In this document: positions 19,325 to 29,489 of the stretch, in pieces | How the letters are laid out: every line of letters begins with the position of its first letter | Position numbering within the stretch: the stretch's first letter is position 1 | Source: Candidatus Babelota bacterium | Lineage (GTDB): Bacteria; Babelota; Babeliae; Babelales; CAIQNR01 | Assembly: GCA_965658655.1 (NCBI GenBank) | Contig: CBFHTA010000002.1 | Span: 32,001-96,000, forward strand | Reading direction: 5' to 3' | Length of the DNA stretch: 64,000 nucleotides | Notes under the pieces: model-generated | The model's input: the letters and a program-made list of their open reading frames with translations, nothing else | Databases searched by the model: none | Told to the model about the DNA's origin: nothing | Program-made: the position numbers and the translations under genes

Positions 19325-20284
19325 ATGAGAGTAGGGATGGTCTTTTCTGGGTATGGATCTCAATTTGTTGGTATGGGGAAAGAATTGTACGATGGATCTC
19401 GTCCAGTTCAAGAAATTTTTGAAGAGGCAGCAAGTTGTCTTGACACTAATTTTGTAAAATTATGTTTTGCATCCTCAGATGCTGATATCAAAAAAATAGA
19501 AAATGCGTATGTAACATTGTTTATAGTGGGTACGGCTATTGCTCAGGTACTTAAAGATGCGGGAGTAGAACCGGCTAAAGTTGCTGGCTATGATATGGGC
19601 GAATATACCGCAGTGGCAACTATTAATGGTATCAGTAATCCTGATGCGCTTTATTTATTAAAAAAATATGCAACACTTTTTCAGGCTTTGATAGACGAAA
19701 ATAAGTATTCTTTAGTACGCATTACCGGAATGAAGGAAGCTGAAGTCAAAGGCTTTTGTATGCAAGTTACAGGAGGTCAAGAGCGAGCAGATATTGCGGT
19801 GTATGAAACAGAAGAAAGTTTTGTGGTATCAGGAACTACAGAAGCAATGCAAGAACTTACTGAGGCAATAAAGAAAAAAAAAGGTGTGAAAATAAAAATA
19901 CTCGATGCCGGGGCAGGGCTTCATTCTCCTGTGATGGATGACATTGTTAAAAACGTAAAAATGTATCTGGAAAAAGTTGATTTTAAAGATACAAAAGTTC
20001 CGTTTATTAGTGGTGTTATTGCAGAACCATTGCAAACCGGAGAAACGATTCGAGCGTCGCTTATGCAACATATTCATGCACCTACACAATGGGCCAAAGT
20101 AATGCAGCTCTTTAAAGATTGCGATATTATTTTAGAAATTGGTCCAGGCGAGCATTTGCAAGACCTTTTGAAACAGGTTTATCCTGATAAAAAAATCTAT
20201 CGAGTCTTGACTCCCGAGGATGTTAAGCAAGTACAAGCAGACATGGGAATAGAGGTTAAGCCGAGCGTTTCTGAAGAAGATTAA
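19325..20284 (+). CDS. fabD: FabD (malonyl-CoA:ACP transacylase)-like protein, catalytic motif altered
   Basis: FSGYGSQFVGMG, GLHSPVM and EIGPG motifs present; GYDMGE in place of GHSLGE. Confidence 0.8.
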   Translation: MRVGMVFSGYGSQFVGMGKELYDGSRPVQEIFEEAASCLDTNFVKLCFASSDADIKKIENAYVTLFIVGTAIAQVLKDAGVEPAKVAGYDMGEYTAVATINGISNPDALYLLKKYATLFQALIDENKYSLVRITGMKEAEVKGFCMQVTGGQERADIAVYETEESFVVSGTTEAMQELTEAIKKKKGVKIKILDAGAGLHSPVMDDIVKNVKMYLEKVDFKDTKVPFISGVIAEPLQTGETIRASLMQHIHAPTQWAKVMQLFKDCDIILEIGPGEHLQDLLKQVYPDKKIYRVLTPEDVKQVQADMGIEVKPSVSEED

Positions 20285-20488
20285 TAGTTAGTTATTTATA
20301 AGTCATCCTGATTGATACATCCGTTTAATGGTGTTCACTTAGGGTGGCTTTTTTTATTACATTTATATCACTTGGAATGAACTAGATAGTGTTGTTTGAT
20401 TACATAAGAAAGCATTAGGTTTATCTCGAGTGTTTTTTTATAAAAGTAACGTCAACGAATTATACTATAATCATTACAATTGAGCAGC

Positions 20489-20520
20489 AAAAAAGGCCCG
20501 GAATTTCCGAGCCTTTTTTT
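20489..20520. terminator. Bidirectional terminator
   Basis: aaaaaaggcccgga-att-tccgagccttttttt between convergent genes. Confidence 0.8.
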
Positions 20521-20560
20521 AGTACTAGCTAAAGTCTACTAAGGTTTTACTACTATAACC

Positions 20561-22111
20561 TTAGACTGAGAAGTTGAATTGGAAACCAACACTCCAACGA
20601 TCGAATGTGTTGTTGTCTCCACCAGCGATGTGGTATGAACCGAGCATACCTACGCCTGGGTTCCACTCGTTGTCAGACCAGTTGTAGTTTAGTCCAGCGA
20701 ACAAAGTATGTTCTACAGCAGCTTTCATAAGAGCTGAGTCTGTAACCAAACGGTCGTTAGTAATCCAGTTAGCATTACCAGCACCAGCAGTTACATTAGT
20801 CATGCCTGTTGTGTTACCATCGATTTGAATTTTGCTAGCGAATGTAGCGTTACTCATGTTGTTAGTAGTGAAGTCATAAAGACCGTATGTATCAGCTGCA
20901 ATAGTATCTACAAATTCTTTGTGTTTTTCTTTGCCGTGTCCAGCAACTTGGTAACCAAAGTCTAGAGATACATTGCCCATTTGCCAGCAGAAAGTAATGT
21001 TTCCGTTGTAAACAACATCAACACCAATTTTTGCTTTTACTGTACCAACGTTAATCATGTTGTCTAATGTACCAGGACCACTAGTAAAGGCTGTAGCACT
21101 AGAGAACTTCTTAACAAGTAAGTAACGTGAGAAATCACCACAATCGGTAACATCGTAAGAACGTACTTGTTCGTTGTCAAACAAGTGAGCTGCGTGGAAA
21201 GTCATGTTTGCTACAAGTTGGTGCTCGTCATCTTTATCCCAAAGACGTGCGCCACCTTCTAGAGTACCACCAACACCGAAGCGACCTGCGTAACCAATGA
21301 TTGGTTCGAACATGTACTCAGCTTTGGTTTTTCCACCACCGCCAAGAACACCTGTAACACCAAGACCTAAGTGGCAGTGTTCTTTGTTGATGAAGTTGTA
21401 ACCAAGAGTAACGGTAGAGTCACCAAGTCTGGTTTCTGTTTGCTTACCATCGATTTTACCGTAAGACCACTTTACAGTGTCTGCAACAGTTTTATCACCT
21501 TTAAATGCAGCAATAGCGTCTGCATATGGTTTGTTAGCAATAACAACAGCATTAGTTTCGTCGTAAATATCACCCGCTACAAGGTTAGTTGCACCAAAAG
21601 CAGCTTTGTTGGTTTCTGTTAGTTCAATTTCCCAACGTGCATTTTGCAATGGCATGTGACTTCTGAAGTAAAGACCATCAAGCCATTCAGCTAAATCAAC
21701 ATACATACCAAAATCAATAACTAGATCTTGTGCTTTAGGTGCGAATTGAAGTTCAGCTTTGAAGTCGTTACCTAAAATCAAGTTAAGACCAGAAACTTCA
21801 GTATCATTCAGTGCACCTGTAGTATTTGCAGGTCCAATAATAAGAGTGTCGTTTCCGCCTGGAATTAAGTATTTACCGATTTCGCTACGCTTATTGTTAG
21901 CGCCGTATTCTAATTGAACTTTGAAGCAAGCTCTTAGCTCATCAGAATCGTGTTGATAAATAGAACCACTCCAGCCAACATTGCTAGAAGCTGTTCCTGT
22001 CATTGAAACTGGCATGAAGACAGATCGTCCACCAGTTGTTGCATCCGCGTTAACAGCCGCAACACTGAATAGCATTGCAATTGCCAACAAATTTATTTTC
22101 AAGAATTTCAT
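20561..22111 (-). CDS. Putative outer-membrane beta-barrel protein
   Basis: Signal peptide, alternating amphipathic strands, C-terminal WSVGFQFNFSV; biased codon use suggests high expression. Confidence 0.7.
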   Translation of the reverse strand: MKFLKINLLAIAMLFSVAAVNADATTGGRSVFMPVSMTGTASSNVGWSGSIYQHDSDELRACFKVQLEYGANNKRSEIGKYLIPGGNDTLIIGPANTTGALNDTEVSGLNLILGNDFKAELQFAPKAQDLVIDFGMYVDLAEWLDGLYFRSHMPLQNARWEIELTETNKAAFGATNLVAGDIYDETNAVVIANKPYADAIAAFKGDKTVADTVKWSYGKIDGKQTETRLGDSTVTLGYNFINKEHCHLGLGVTGVLGGGGKTKAEYMFEPIIGYAGRFGVGGTLEGGARLWDKDDEHQLVANMTFHAAHLFDNEQVRSYDVTDCGDFSRYLLVKKFSSATAFTSGPGTLDNMINVGTVKAKIGVDVVYNGNITFCWQMGNVSLDFGYQVAGHGKEKHKEFVDTIAADTYGLYDFTTNNMSNATFASKIQIDGNTTGMTNVTAGAGNANWITNDRLVTDSALMKAAVEHTLFAGLNYNWSDNEWNPGVGMLGSYHIAGGDNNTFDRWSVGFQFNFSV

Positions 22112-22482
22112 TTATTTTACTCCTTTTCAGATCCATATATTGGATTGAAATGTATCACCACAACAGTTAGTGTAAATTGCGAAGAATGTTTTTGAATTCT
22201 TCATTAACTTTGTCTTACGCTTTTTTTTTGCTTCCTCCTTTCGTAAGCTTCATTTAGTCTTCTTTAACTTTTTTTTTTACTCTTCTAGCCTTCTTAGGCA
22301 TCTCTTTCAAGCACACGCTAATACATTTCACTATACAAGTCAACTCTTTCCGTTTTAGGTGTCGACTCATTTCAACTTACTCATTATACTCACGTGAAGT
22401 TTAAAGTGTAAAGAATTTATATTGTACATATTTGCTTTACGCTGTTGTTTAGCATCTTACAAAATTATAAAAGGTCTTTGCA

Positions 22483-23280
22483 ATGCAGTTTTTCTATCTT
22501 TGGGCGTTTCTTCAAATTGTTCTTGAGTCTCTGCCGGTCAGTAGTTCGGGCAACGTTTATTTGTGGATTTCGACTTTTCACTCTGTTTTAAATTTTAATT
22601 TTTTGCCAGCAATAAATACGTTAGAGTTTGATTTTCTTTTGCATGGTCCTACCATTTTAATTGTTACTCTTTACTTTTTAGAGAGTTGGGTAAGCGCTCT
22701 CAGAGGGTATTTGAAGGGGGCGGGTGGAGCGGCTTCACTCTTGCTTTATTGTGCATGGGCTGATTTTCTTACTGCGGTTTGGTACGCAGTTTTTAAAGCA
22801 GTTGGAAAAAGTTGGTTTCCCTTATCTGTAGGTTTTTTTGTAACAAGTGTTGCGTTGCTTTCGTTACAGTGGTTGCCAAAAAAGGTTGCTTGTGAAAATG
22901 AAACGTTGTCTTTGTATCATGCAACTTTACTAGGCATGTTTCAGGGAATTGCTTTGCTTCCGGGGCTTTCTCGATTTGGCATAACGTATGTTGTAGCTCG
23001 TCATGCGCAGTATAGTTCGGAAAGTGCTTTTAGGTATTCGTTCTTGTTGCAAATGCCTTTGATTGGTGCTGCATTTTTAAAAGGTTGTTACTCATTTTAT
23101 TATTTTGAATATAAGGCCCAATTATTGCATCCATTGTTCGGTTTAACTATTCTGACAAGTACCATTCTTTCTTACTTTGCACTTGTTTGGGTTGGCATGT
23201 TGGTAAGAAAAAATCAGGTATATCTGTTTGGGTGGTATGTAATAGGATTAGCCGGATTGGCTGTAATGATAGGGAAGTAA
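22483..23280 (+). CDS. uppP: Undecaprenyl-diphosphatase UppP/BacA
   Basis: ESLPVSSSG and QGIALLPGLSRFG motifs, multi-TM. Confidence 0.88.
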   Translation: MQFFYLWAFLQIVLESLPVSSSGNVYLWISTFHSVLNFNFLPAINTLEFDFLLHGPTILIVTLYFLESWVSALRGYLKGAGGAASLLLYCAWADFLTAVWYAVFKAVGKSWFPLSVGFFVTSVALLSLQWLPKKVACENETLSLYHATLLGMFQGIALLPGLSRFGITYVVARHAQYSSESAFRYSFLLQMPLIGAAFLKGCYSFYYFEYKAQLLHPLFGLTILTSTILSYFALVWVGMLVRKNQVYLFGWYVIGLAGLAVMIGK

Positions 23281-23328
23281 AATTGCGCTCTAGCTGCGGC
23301 TACGGCGGATGATAGTAAAGGAGAAAGT

Positions 23329-25626
23329 ATGGCGCGTTATTCAAGACGAAATACACCGTTAAGTTCTTATGTTGATGTAGAAAAAGTAGTTGCTGTTTTG
23401 TGCGCGTTGTCGGCAGTGTTGGTTGCTGTTGCCCTTGGAACCTTCAATCCTCATGACGCTTCTTGGTTCTATTATTCAAGCAAGGGGGGAGTTGTTCAGA
23501 ATTCTGCAGGTTTTGTGGGTGCTGAGGTCGCTGCGCTTTGTTTTTATCTTTTTGGTACAGTGGCTTACTGTTTAGTTCCTTTTTTGGCGTATTGTGCTTT
23601 TTATGCGTATCGGTATAAAACTATTGAAAAAGAATGGGATCGTTTTGTTGCCTGTGCACTTTCAATCTTTGCTTTCTCAGGATTGTTTCATTGGTACCAT
23701 GCGGGATCAAAACCTTACATGATTGCGGGTGGTTCTGTAGGGCAATTAGTTGCGCAAACACTGGAAGGTTTTTTTGATAAAGTTGGATCCGTTGTGTTTT
23801 TGTACGCTTTTTCTTTAGCCATGATTCTAGTTATTACACGCATGAGCTTTATAGCGTTATTGCGCACTGTAAAAGATTGTTTTGTTTGGTTGTATGACCA
23901 TCGCCATTTGTGGTTGATTCCCATGGTGCGAGTAGTGCAAACGTTGTTTTATGCTATTAAAGTTCCCATTGTATGGACAGTAAAACATTTGTGGGGAGCA
24001 TTGCGGGGCGCTGATGTACAAGAAGCAGATGAATCGGTATTTGCATTTGAACAAGGTGTTGCTGATCAAATAGAAGAAACAGATGAGGCGTTTTGGAATG
24101 ATTATATTCAACGACAGTCACATTCGGGTGTAATGCCTTCTTCTGGAACTGTAGAAGCGCAAGAAGAAGAGGGTGTAGAGAGTGATCCATCTAAGCAAAT
24201 AAAAGCTCGCGTACAACCAACAAAAACAAACACACGTAAAAGTTATGCAGTTCCTTCTTCAGCTTTATTTTCACCATCAAATAAAGAAGCACACTCTGGT
24301 CGTGGAGATGAGAATAAACAGTTAGCCATAACGCTGGAAGAAAAATTAGAGCGGTTTGGAGTGTATGGGAAAGTTGTTTCTATTAAGCCTGGTCCAGTTA
24401 TTACGCTGTTTGAGTATCAACCAGATATTGATGCAAAAGTAAGTAAGATTTTGGCACTTGAGCATGATCTTGCTATGGCATTACAAGCATTGAGTGTGCG
24501 TATTGTGGCACCTATTCCTGGAACAAATAAAGTTGGTTTTGAGGTTGCTAATAAAGAACGAAAAAGTGTACACATGGGAGACATTATTCGATCTTTGGCT
24601 TTTCAGCGATCAAAAGCAATATTGCCGTTAGTGTTAGGTCAAGACACTACTGGAGATACCGTGATTGTTGACCTTCTGGACATGCCTCATTTATTGGTAG
24701 CGGGATCTACTGGGTCGGGTAAATCGGTTGCGCTCAATGCCATGCTTGCCAGTTTGTTATGCAAGTTGCCGCCTGATGAGTTGAAACTTATTATTATTGA
24801 TCCTAAGCGATTAGAATTTGCTGCAATGCACGATATTCCTCATTTGTTGTTTCCTGTAATTACTGAAGCACGTCGTGCTGCTCCAGTGGTTCGTTGGTTG
24901 GTACGCGTTATGGAAGAACGGTACGAGATGATGGCTGCTCAAGGTGTGCGTAGTATTTTTGATTATAAAAAAATGTGCAAGCAAAAGGGGCAACCGGATG
25001 AACTGCCATTTATTGTTATGATTATTGATGAACTTGCAGATCTTATGATGGTTGCAGGCAAAGATATAGAAGATAGTATCGCTCGTCTTGCACAAATGGC
25101 ACGAGCTGCAGGAATTCATTTGATTATTGCAACGCAACGGCCTTCGGTAGATGTGTTAACTGGTGTTATTAAAGTAAACTTTCCAAGCAGAATGTCTTTT
25201 AGGGTAACGTCTAAAGTAGACTCACGAACTATTCTTGATACTGGTGGCGCAGAGAGCTTGTTGGGTAAAGGAGATATGCTCTTTATGAATGCGCAAAGTT
25301 CTCGTATGCGCCGTGTGCATGGAGCATATGTGAGTGATGCTGAAATACATGCAATGGCTAATCATATTCGCGCACAACAAAAGGTTGAGTATACTGATTT
25401 GCAAGAGGCAATATCTGCGTATAAAACAGAAACAGAAGTTGCTGATGAGCCGCTTTTACCAGAAGTTTTGGAATTTTTGAAAACGATAGACGATATCTCT
25501 ATTTCTTCGTTACAACGTCGTTTTAAAATTGGGTATAATCGCTCTGCGCGTTTAATTGAATTGCTCGAGCAGCAGGGTAAGATTATGCCAGCCAGTGGTT
25601 CTAAAATGCGTAAAGTTATTCATTGA
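23329..25626 (+). CDS. ftsK: DNA translocase FtsK
   Basis: 4TM N-terminus, PHLLVAGSTGSGKS, DELADLMM, gamma domain LQRRFKIGYNRSAR. Confidence 0.97.
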   Translation: MARYSRRNTPLSSYVDVEKVVAVLCALSAVLVAVALGTFNPHDASWFYYSSKGGVVQNSAGFVGAEVAALCFYLFGTVAYCLVPFLAYCAFYAYRYKTIEKEWDRFVACALSIFAFSGLFHWYHAGSKPYMIAGGSVGQLVAQTLEGFFDKVGSVVFLYAFSLAMILVITRMSFIALLRTVKDCFVWLYDHRHLWLIPMVRVVQTLFYAIKVPIVWTVKHLWGALRGADVQEADESVFAFEQGVADQIEETDEAFWNDYIQRQSHSGVMPSSGTVEAQEEEGVESDPSKQIKARVQPTKTNTRKSYAVPSSALFSPSNKEAHSGRGDENKQLAITLEEKLERFGVYGKVVSIKPGPVITLFEYQPDIDAKVSKILALEHDLAMALQALSVRIVAPIPGTNKVGFEVANKERKSVHMGDIIRSLAFQRSKAILPLVLGQDTTGDTVIVDLLDMPHLLVAGSTGSGKSVALNAMLASLLCKLPPDELKLIIIDPKRLEFAAMHDIPHLLFPVITEARRAAPVVRWLVRVMEERYEMMAAQGVRSIFDYKKMCKQKGQPDELPFIVMIIDELADLMMVAGKDIEDSIARLAQMARAAGIHLIIATQRPSVDVLTGVIKVNFPSRMSFRVTSKVDSRTILDTGGAESLLGKGDMLFMNAQSSRMRRVHGAYVSDAEIHAMANHIRAQQKVEYTDLQEAISAYKTETEVADEPLLPEVLEFLKTIDDISISSLQRRFKIGYNRSARLIELLEQQGKIMPASGSKMRKVIH

Positions 25627-25744
25627 TAAACTAATAATATTTTGTTGGAGAAGGTAGGGTTTGTTCCTTACTGAATAACAAGTAAAATCTTGATCAGGTA
25701 ATTTTTTGCTTTCTAACACAAAATACTAAAGCCTTAAAAGAATT

Positions 25745-25778
25745 AAAAAAGGCCCAACAGTTTTGTCGAGCCTTTTTT
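25745..25778. terminator. Bidirectional terminator
   Basis: aaaaaaggcc...gagcctttttt hairpin between convergent genes. Confidence 0.65.
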
Positions 25779-25798
25779 GTATTTTAAGTTTTTCTGAT

Positions 25799-27172
25799 TT
25801 ACAATTCTAGTTCATCGTTATCAACTTCTAGTTCCTCGTCTTCGTTGAACGGATTTAAGAAGCAGATACCATTCCAAACACCTGTTAGGGCAGTATCACA
25901 AGCAGCTTTAGCGTTGTTCCAGTAGCTACTACCGTCAGTAAGGTTGATATTGAGATCAGAAAGTTTAACAACTTTTTTTCGTCTTAGCGCACCAGTTTTA
26001 AAGATTTCTTTTGGTGTAGTATATTTAAGTGTTAATCCTGAAACCTTATCTGTTAATACTGCTACTTGAGTAATTGCAAAAGTTTTTTCTAGTTGTGCAT
26101 GATTTGTAAGAGCTCGCACAGCATTTTCTTTAGCTGTCGTACTAGGAGCTGTCTTACATGCTTCTACAAGACGTTCTTTTTCATGAGTCCATTCTTGTAG
26201 ATTTTGACTCTCAATTTTCGTGCTATGTTTAAGTTTGAAACGATTAACTTCAGCAGTAAGTGCTTCTTCTGTATCAGCTGTTAGGGTAGTCTTCTTTTTA
26301 GGTAGTTCAAGGTTTAAACCGCGAGTTGCACTACCTAATTTCTTACTCATTAATCGAGTCGCTACGTAAGCACCTGTGTATGCACCCAAAGCTGAACAAC
26401 TTGTTGGAAAACCAGTGTGACGCGCAACAAGTGCAAGAGGAGCTGCTTTTACAAGTGTATGTGGAGAAAGTGTATAATCCATTTGAGTAATTTCAGCTTG
26501 GTAAGTAATGTCAAATTGAGAAGCATTAGGCAATTGCGTAGCACTTTTACGCTCATTTCCGTCTGTTTTGCAATCTTGAGCAAGTACAAAAGAATGTTTA
26601 ATAACATTATTCCATAATACTTCTATAAAGTTTTTGTGCTGAGTATTTCTTTTATCTAATGTAATGGTGTCAGACATGTTTAATGGTTTTGTAAGTAGTA
26701 CAGATGTGTCGTCTTGTAAAATAAGTGAAACTTCGTAAGTAAATTTAGCTTCTGGTAAATCTTTAATTTTAAGGTTTCTTTCCATAACTTGTGTAAATGT
26801 ATTTTTTGCTTGTTGTTCTTGCTCTTTGTTCCAACCGTTAAGTTTGACATACGCTGATCTAGAACCTATTTTAAGTTTAATCATAACTTTTTTAATGTCT
26901 TGAGTGTTTGCTATATCTACGGTACCAATTTGATTCTCTGAGTGAAATCCGTTTTGAATAACACGGTGCATAATTTGACCTGTGACCATTGCGGCTCCAA
27001 GAACACCAATGGTTTTCCAGCTCCATCCTTGTGGGTTCAATAAAGACCAAGAAGCAACTTCTTTAGCACCTTCAGTAACAACTGCAGCACCGGCATCAGT
27101 GGTATTTGTAATAGTTGGACAGTTCGCACTAGCAAGTAGTAAAACTGCTAAAAATAGATTTTTTCTTTCCAT
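25799..27172 (-). CDS. Orphan secreted protein
   Basis: 457-aa ORF, GGAGG RBS, signal-like N-terminus. Confidence 0.8.
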   Translation of the reverse strand: MERKNLFLAVLLLASANCPTITNTTDAGAAVVTEGAKEVASWSLLNPQGWSWKTIGVLGAAMVTGQIMHRVIQNGFHSENQIGTVDIANTQDIKKVMIKLKIGSRSAYVKLNGWNKEQEQQAKNTFTQVMERNLKIKDLPEAKFTYEVSLILQDDTSVLLTKPLNMSDTITLDKRNTQHKNFIEVLWNNVIKHSFVLAQDCKTDGNERKSATQLPNASQFDITYQAEITQMDYTLSPHTLVKAAPLALVARHTGFPTSCSALGAYTGAYVATRLMSKKLGSATRGLNLELPKKKTTLTADTEEALTAEVNRFKLKHSTKIESQNLQEWTHEKERLVEACKTAPSTTAKENAVRALTNHAQLEKTFAITQVAVLTDKVSGLTLKYTTPKEIFKTGALRRKKVVKLSDLNINLTDGSSYWNNAKAACDTALTGVWNGICFLNPFNEDEELEVDNDELEL

Positions 27173-27335
27173 GATTTATAACCTCCATAAACCCCATTTA
27201 AAATTCAACCATTTTCATAAATTATATAATAGAAAATATTTATTGCAAGTGGGGTGCTCCTTGCTTTTAAGCTTAGGGAGCTTAAAAAAAGTCCCACTCA
27301 GGCAGGACTTTAATTTCAATAGGCTTAAGTATAAA

Positions 27336-27770
27336 TCATCCCTGAGAATCATCAACTGGTGCGTTGTATCCGGGTTTTTCAGATTCATTTGAGTTATCGT
27401 TTCCCGAGTTTTTAGGCTTGTTTTCGTTGTATAGGGCTTCGAAAGGGTGGGGAAAGAAAGAACCTTCCGAAAACTCAGGTAAATTTAAGCGTGTTTCTCG
27501 AGAGTTCTCTTCTAGCCATACCCCTCCCTCTTTAAGCCTGTCTCCTATATTTTCTGCAATAGTTCCTAGATCTTGGCCTAAAGCTAATGAAGCATCGAAA
27601 AATTTCTGTTCAGAAGTGTTATATTTAGAATTTTTAAGATGCCATGCGGTACGAAGTCCAGTTGCAGCTACTCCGCTTAAAAGTACAAGTTTTCCGTAGG
27701 TTATTTTTGCATGACTAGTCTGTGAAACTCCTGCAAGTAAACCTAAACTAAGTATAAGTTTTTTGTTCAT
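27336..27770 (-). CDS. Orphan secreted protein
   Basis: AAGGAG RBS, MNKKLILSLGLLAGVSQTSHA signal peptide. Confidence 0.75.
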   Translation of the reverse strand: MNKKLILSLGLLAGVSQTSHAKITYGKLVLLSGVAATGLRTAWHLKNSKYNTSEQKFFDASLALGQDLGTIAENIGDRLKEGGVWLEENSRETRLNLPEFSEGSFFPHPFEALYNENKPKNSGNDNSNESEKPGYNAPVDDSQG

Positions 27771-28067
27771 TTTTAATGCTCCTTAAAATTGTAAAACTTT
27801 AGTTGGCGCTAGTATAGAGCATATTTAAAAATTGAGAAGTTCAATATTTGAGTCTTTTTTTTAAAATTTCCTTTAAGAAATTAAAGTAATAATTTTTTAA
27901 AGGGGTAGCGTTTTCTTTCTATAAGTAGACTAGAAGGATGTAAGTGTGAAAAGGTGAAAAAGCGTTAAGCTTAAATATTCTTGACAAATGAGCAAAAGAT
28001 AGACATCTTGTCGTCCTGTAATAGCTTTGATGTAATCTATTTTTTCAATCAAAACGGAGAGAATTAC

Positions 28068-29480
28068 ATGCATCTTACTGAGGGATTTTTAAAGGCTGTT
28101 CTTCCCGGAGCTTTAGTTCTGCATGGTAAGCTTGATTGCCAAGTTACCTTTTCGGTTGATTCGCGCTCAATCTTAAAAAGTGAACTGTTTGTACCTGTGC
28201 AGGGAGTTAAATCGGATGGACATTCTTTCTTGGAGCAGGCATTGTCTGCAGGGGCAGGTGCGTTTATAGCGCGGGACAAAAAATTTTTACTTGCTACGTT
28301 TCCAAAAGAAATACTTGATAATCGTCTTATTATTATAGTTGATAATCCACTCGAAGCGCTCTTTGAGCTTGCTTCAGCTTGGCGTGCTCGCTTTACGTGT
28401 AAAGTAATTGGTATTACTGGTTCGGTGGGAAAAACATCAACCAAGTACATGCTTGGTTCAATTTTAACGCAAGCGAATAAACGTTGCTTTGTTTCGCATG
28501 GTAACCAGAATACACTTCTTGGAATTGCTCTTAATATTGTACGTGTAAATGATGATCATCAAGTTGTAGTATTTGAGCTTGGTATAAATGTGCGTGGTGA
28601 AATGAAAAAACTTGCACAGTTTTTACGCCCAGACATGGCCATTATAACTGGTATTGGGCATAGTCACCTAGAAGGGCTTGGTAGTTTGGCAAGTGTTGCT
28701 TCAGAGAAACGTGCAATTTTCAGTTACTTTAATGAGTCGAGTATTGGGATTATTAATGGAGACCAAGCAATTTTGAGTGGTGTTGGATATACCCACCCAG
28801 TAGTTCGATTTGGTGCTAAAACAACTAATCAAGTACAAGCTCGTCGAGTAGCTATTAAAAAGAACAAACTTTCGTTTCTCTTAAAAATTTATCAAGAAAC
28901 TTACCCGGTAACCCTTAACCTTCAGCATCGGGGAATGATCATGAATGCGTTGGCAGCAACAACAGCAGCACATCTTTTAGATATTGATGGTGTTACTATT
29001 GTAGAAGCTCTTCAATCGCTACCTGAGCGTTCACAACGATTTGAGCGCTGTTCTCTTAAAGGTTATAGAGGGGTGCTTATAGACGATTGCTATAATGCTT
29101 CTCCTGAGAGTATGAGAGCAGCTCTTTTGGCATTAGAAGAGTTTGAGAGTTTGGGTAAGAAGGTTGCGGTATTGGGTGACATGCTTGAACTGGGAGAGAA
29201 TAGTGCTTTTTGGCATCGCCAAGTAGGAAGGTTTTTACGTAAGACTCCATCGCTGTCACACTTGATTTTGGTAGGCTCAGAAGTACAGTCTATGCAGAAG
29301 GTGGTTCCGGTAGGAATTCAGGTGGAAATGGTTTCGAGTTGGCAAGAGGCTATAGAACGGTTAAAATATACATTAGAGAATGATGCAGTTGTTTTGGTCA
29401 AAGGATCGAATGGCATGCAACTGCATAATGTAGTTGCCGCATTTACCGATAAAAAAAGTTCTGTACCCACAAGCTTATAG
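28068..29480 (+). CDS. murF: UDP-N-acetylmuramoyl-tripeptide--D-Ala-D-Ala ligase
   Basis: DSR, GITGSVGKTSTK, DDCYNASPES, LGDMLELG, VKGS; start moved to ATG 28068 (GGAGA RBS). Confidence 0.95.
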   Translation: MHLTEGFLKAVLPGALVLHGKLDCQVTFSVDSRSILKSELFVPVQGVKSDGHSFLEQALSAGAGAFIARDKKFLLATFPKEILDNRLIIIVDNPLEALFELASAWRARFTCKVIGITGSVGKTSTKYMLGSILTQANKRCFVSHGNQNTLLGIALNIVRVNDDHQVVVFELGINVRGEMKKLAQFLRPDMAIITGIGHSHLEGLGSLASVASEKRAIFSYFNESSIGIINGDQAILSGVGYTHPVVRFGAKTTNQVQARRVAIKKNKLSFLLKIYQETYPVTLNLQHRGMIMNALAATTAAHLLDIDGVTIVEALQSLPERSQRFERCSLKGYRGVLIDDCYNASPESMRAALLALEEFESLGKKVAVLGDMLELGENSAFWHRQVGRFLRKTPSLSHLILVGSEVQSMQKVVPVGIQVEMVSSWQEAIERLKYTLENDAVVLVKGSNGMQLHNVVAAFTDKKSSVPTSL

Positions 29481-29489
29481 TGATAGTTT

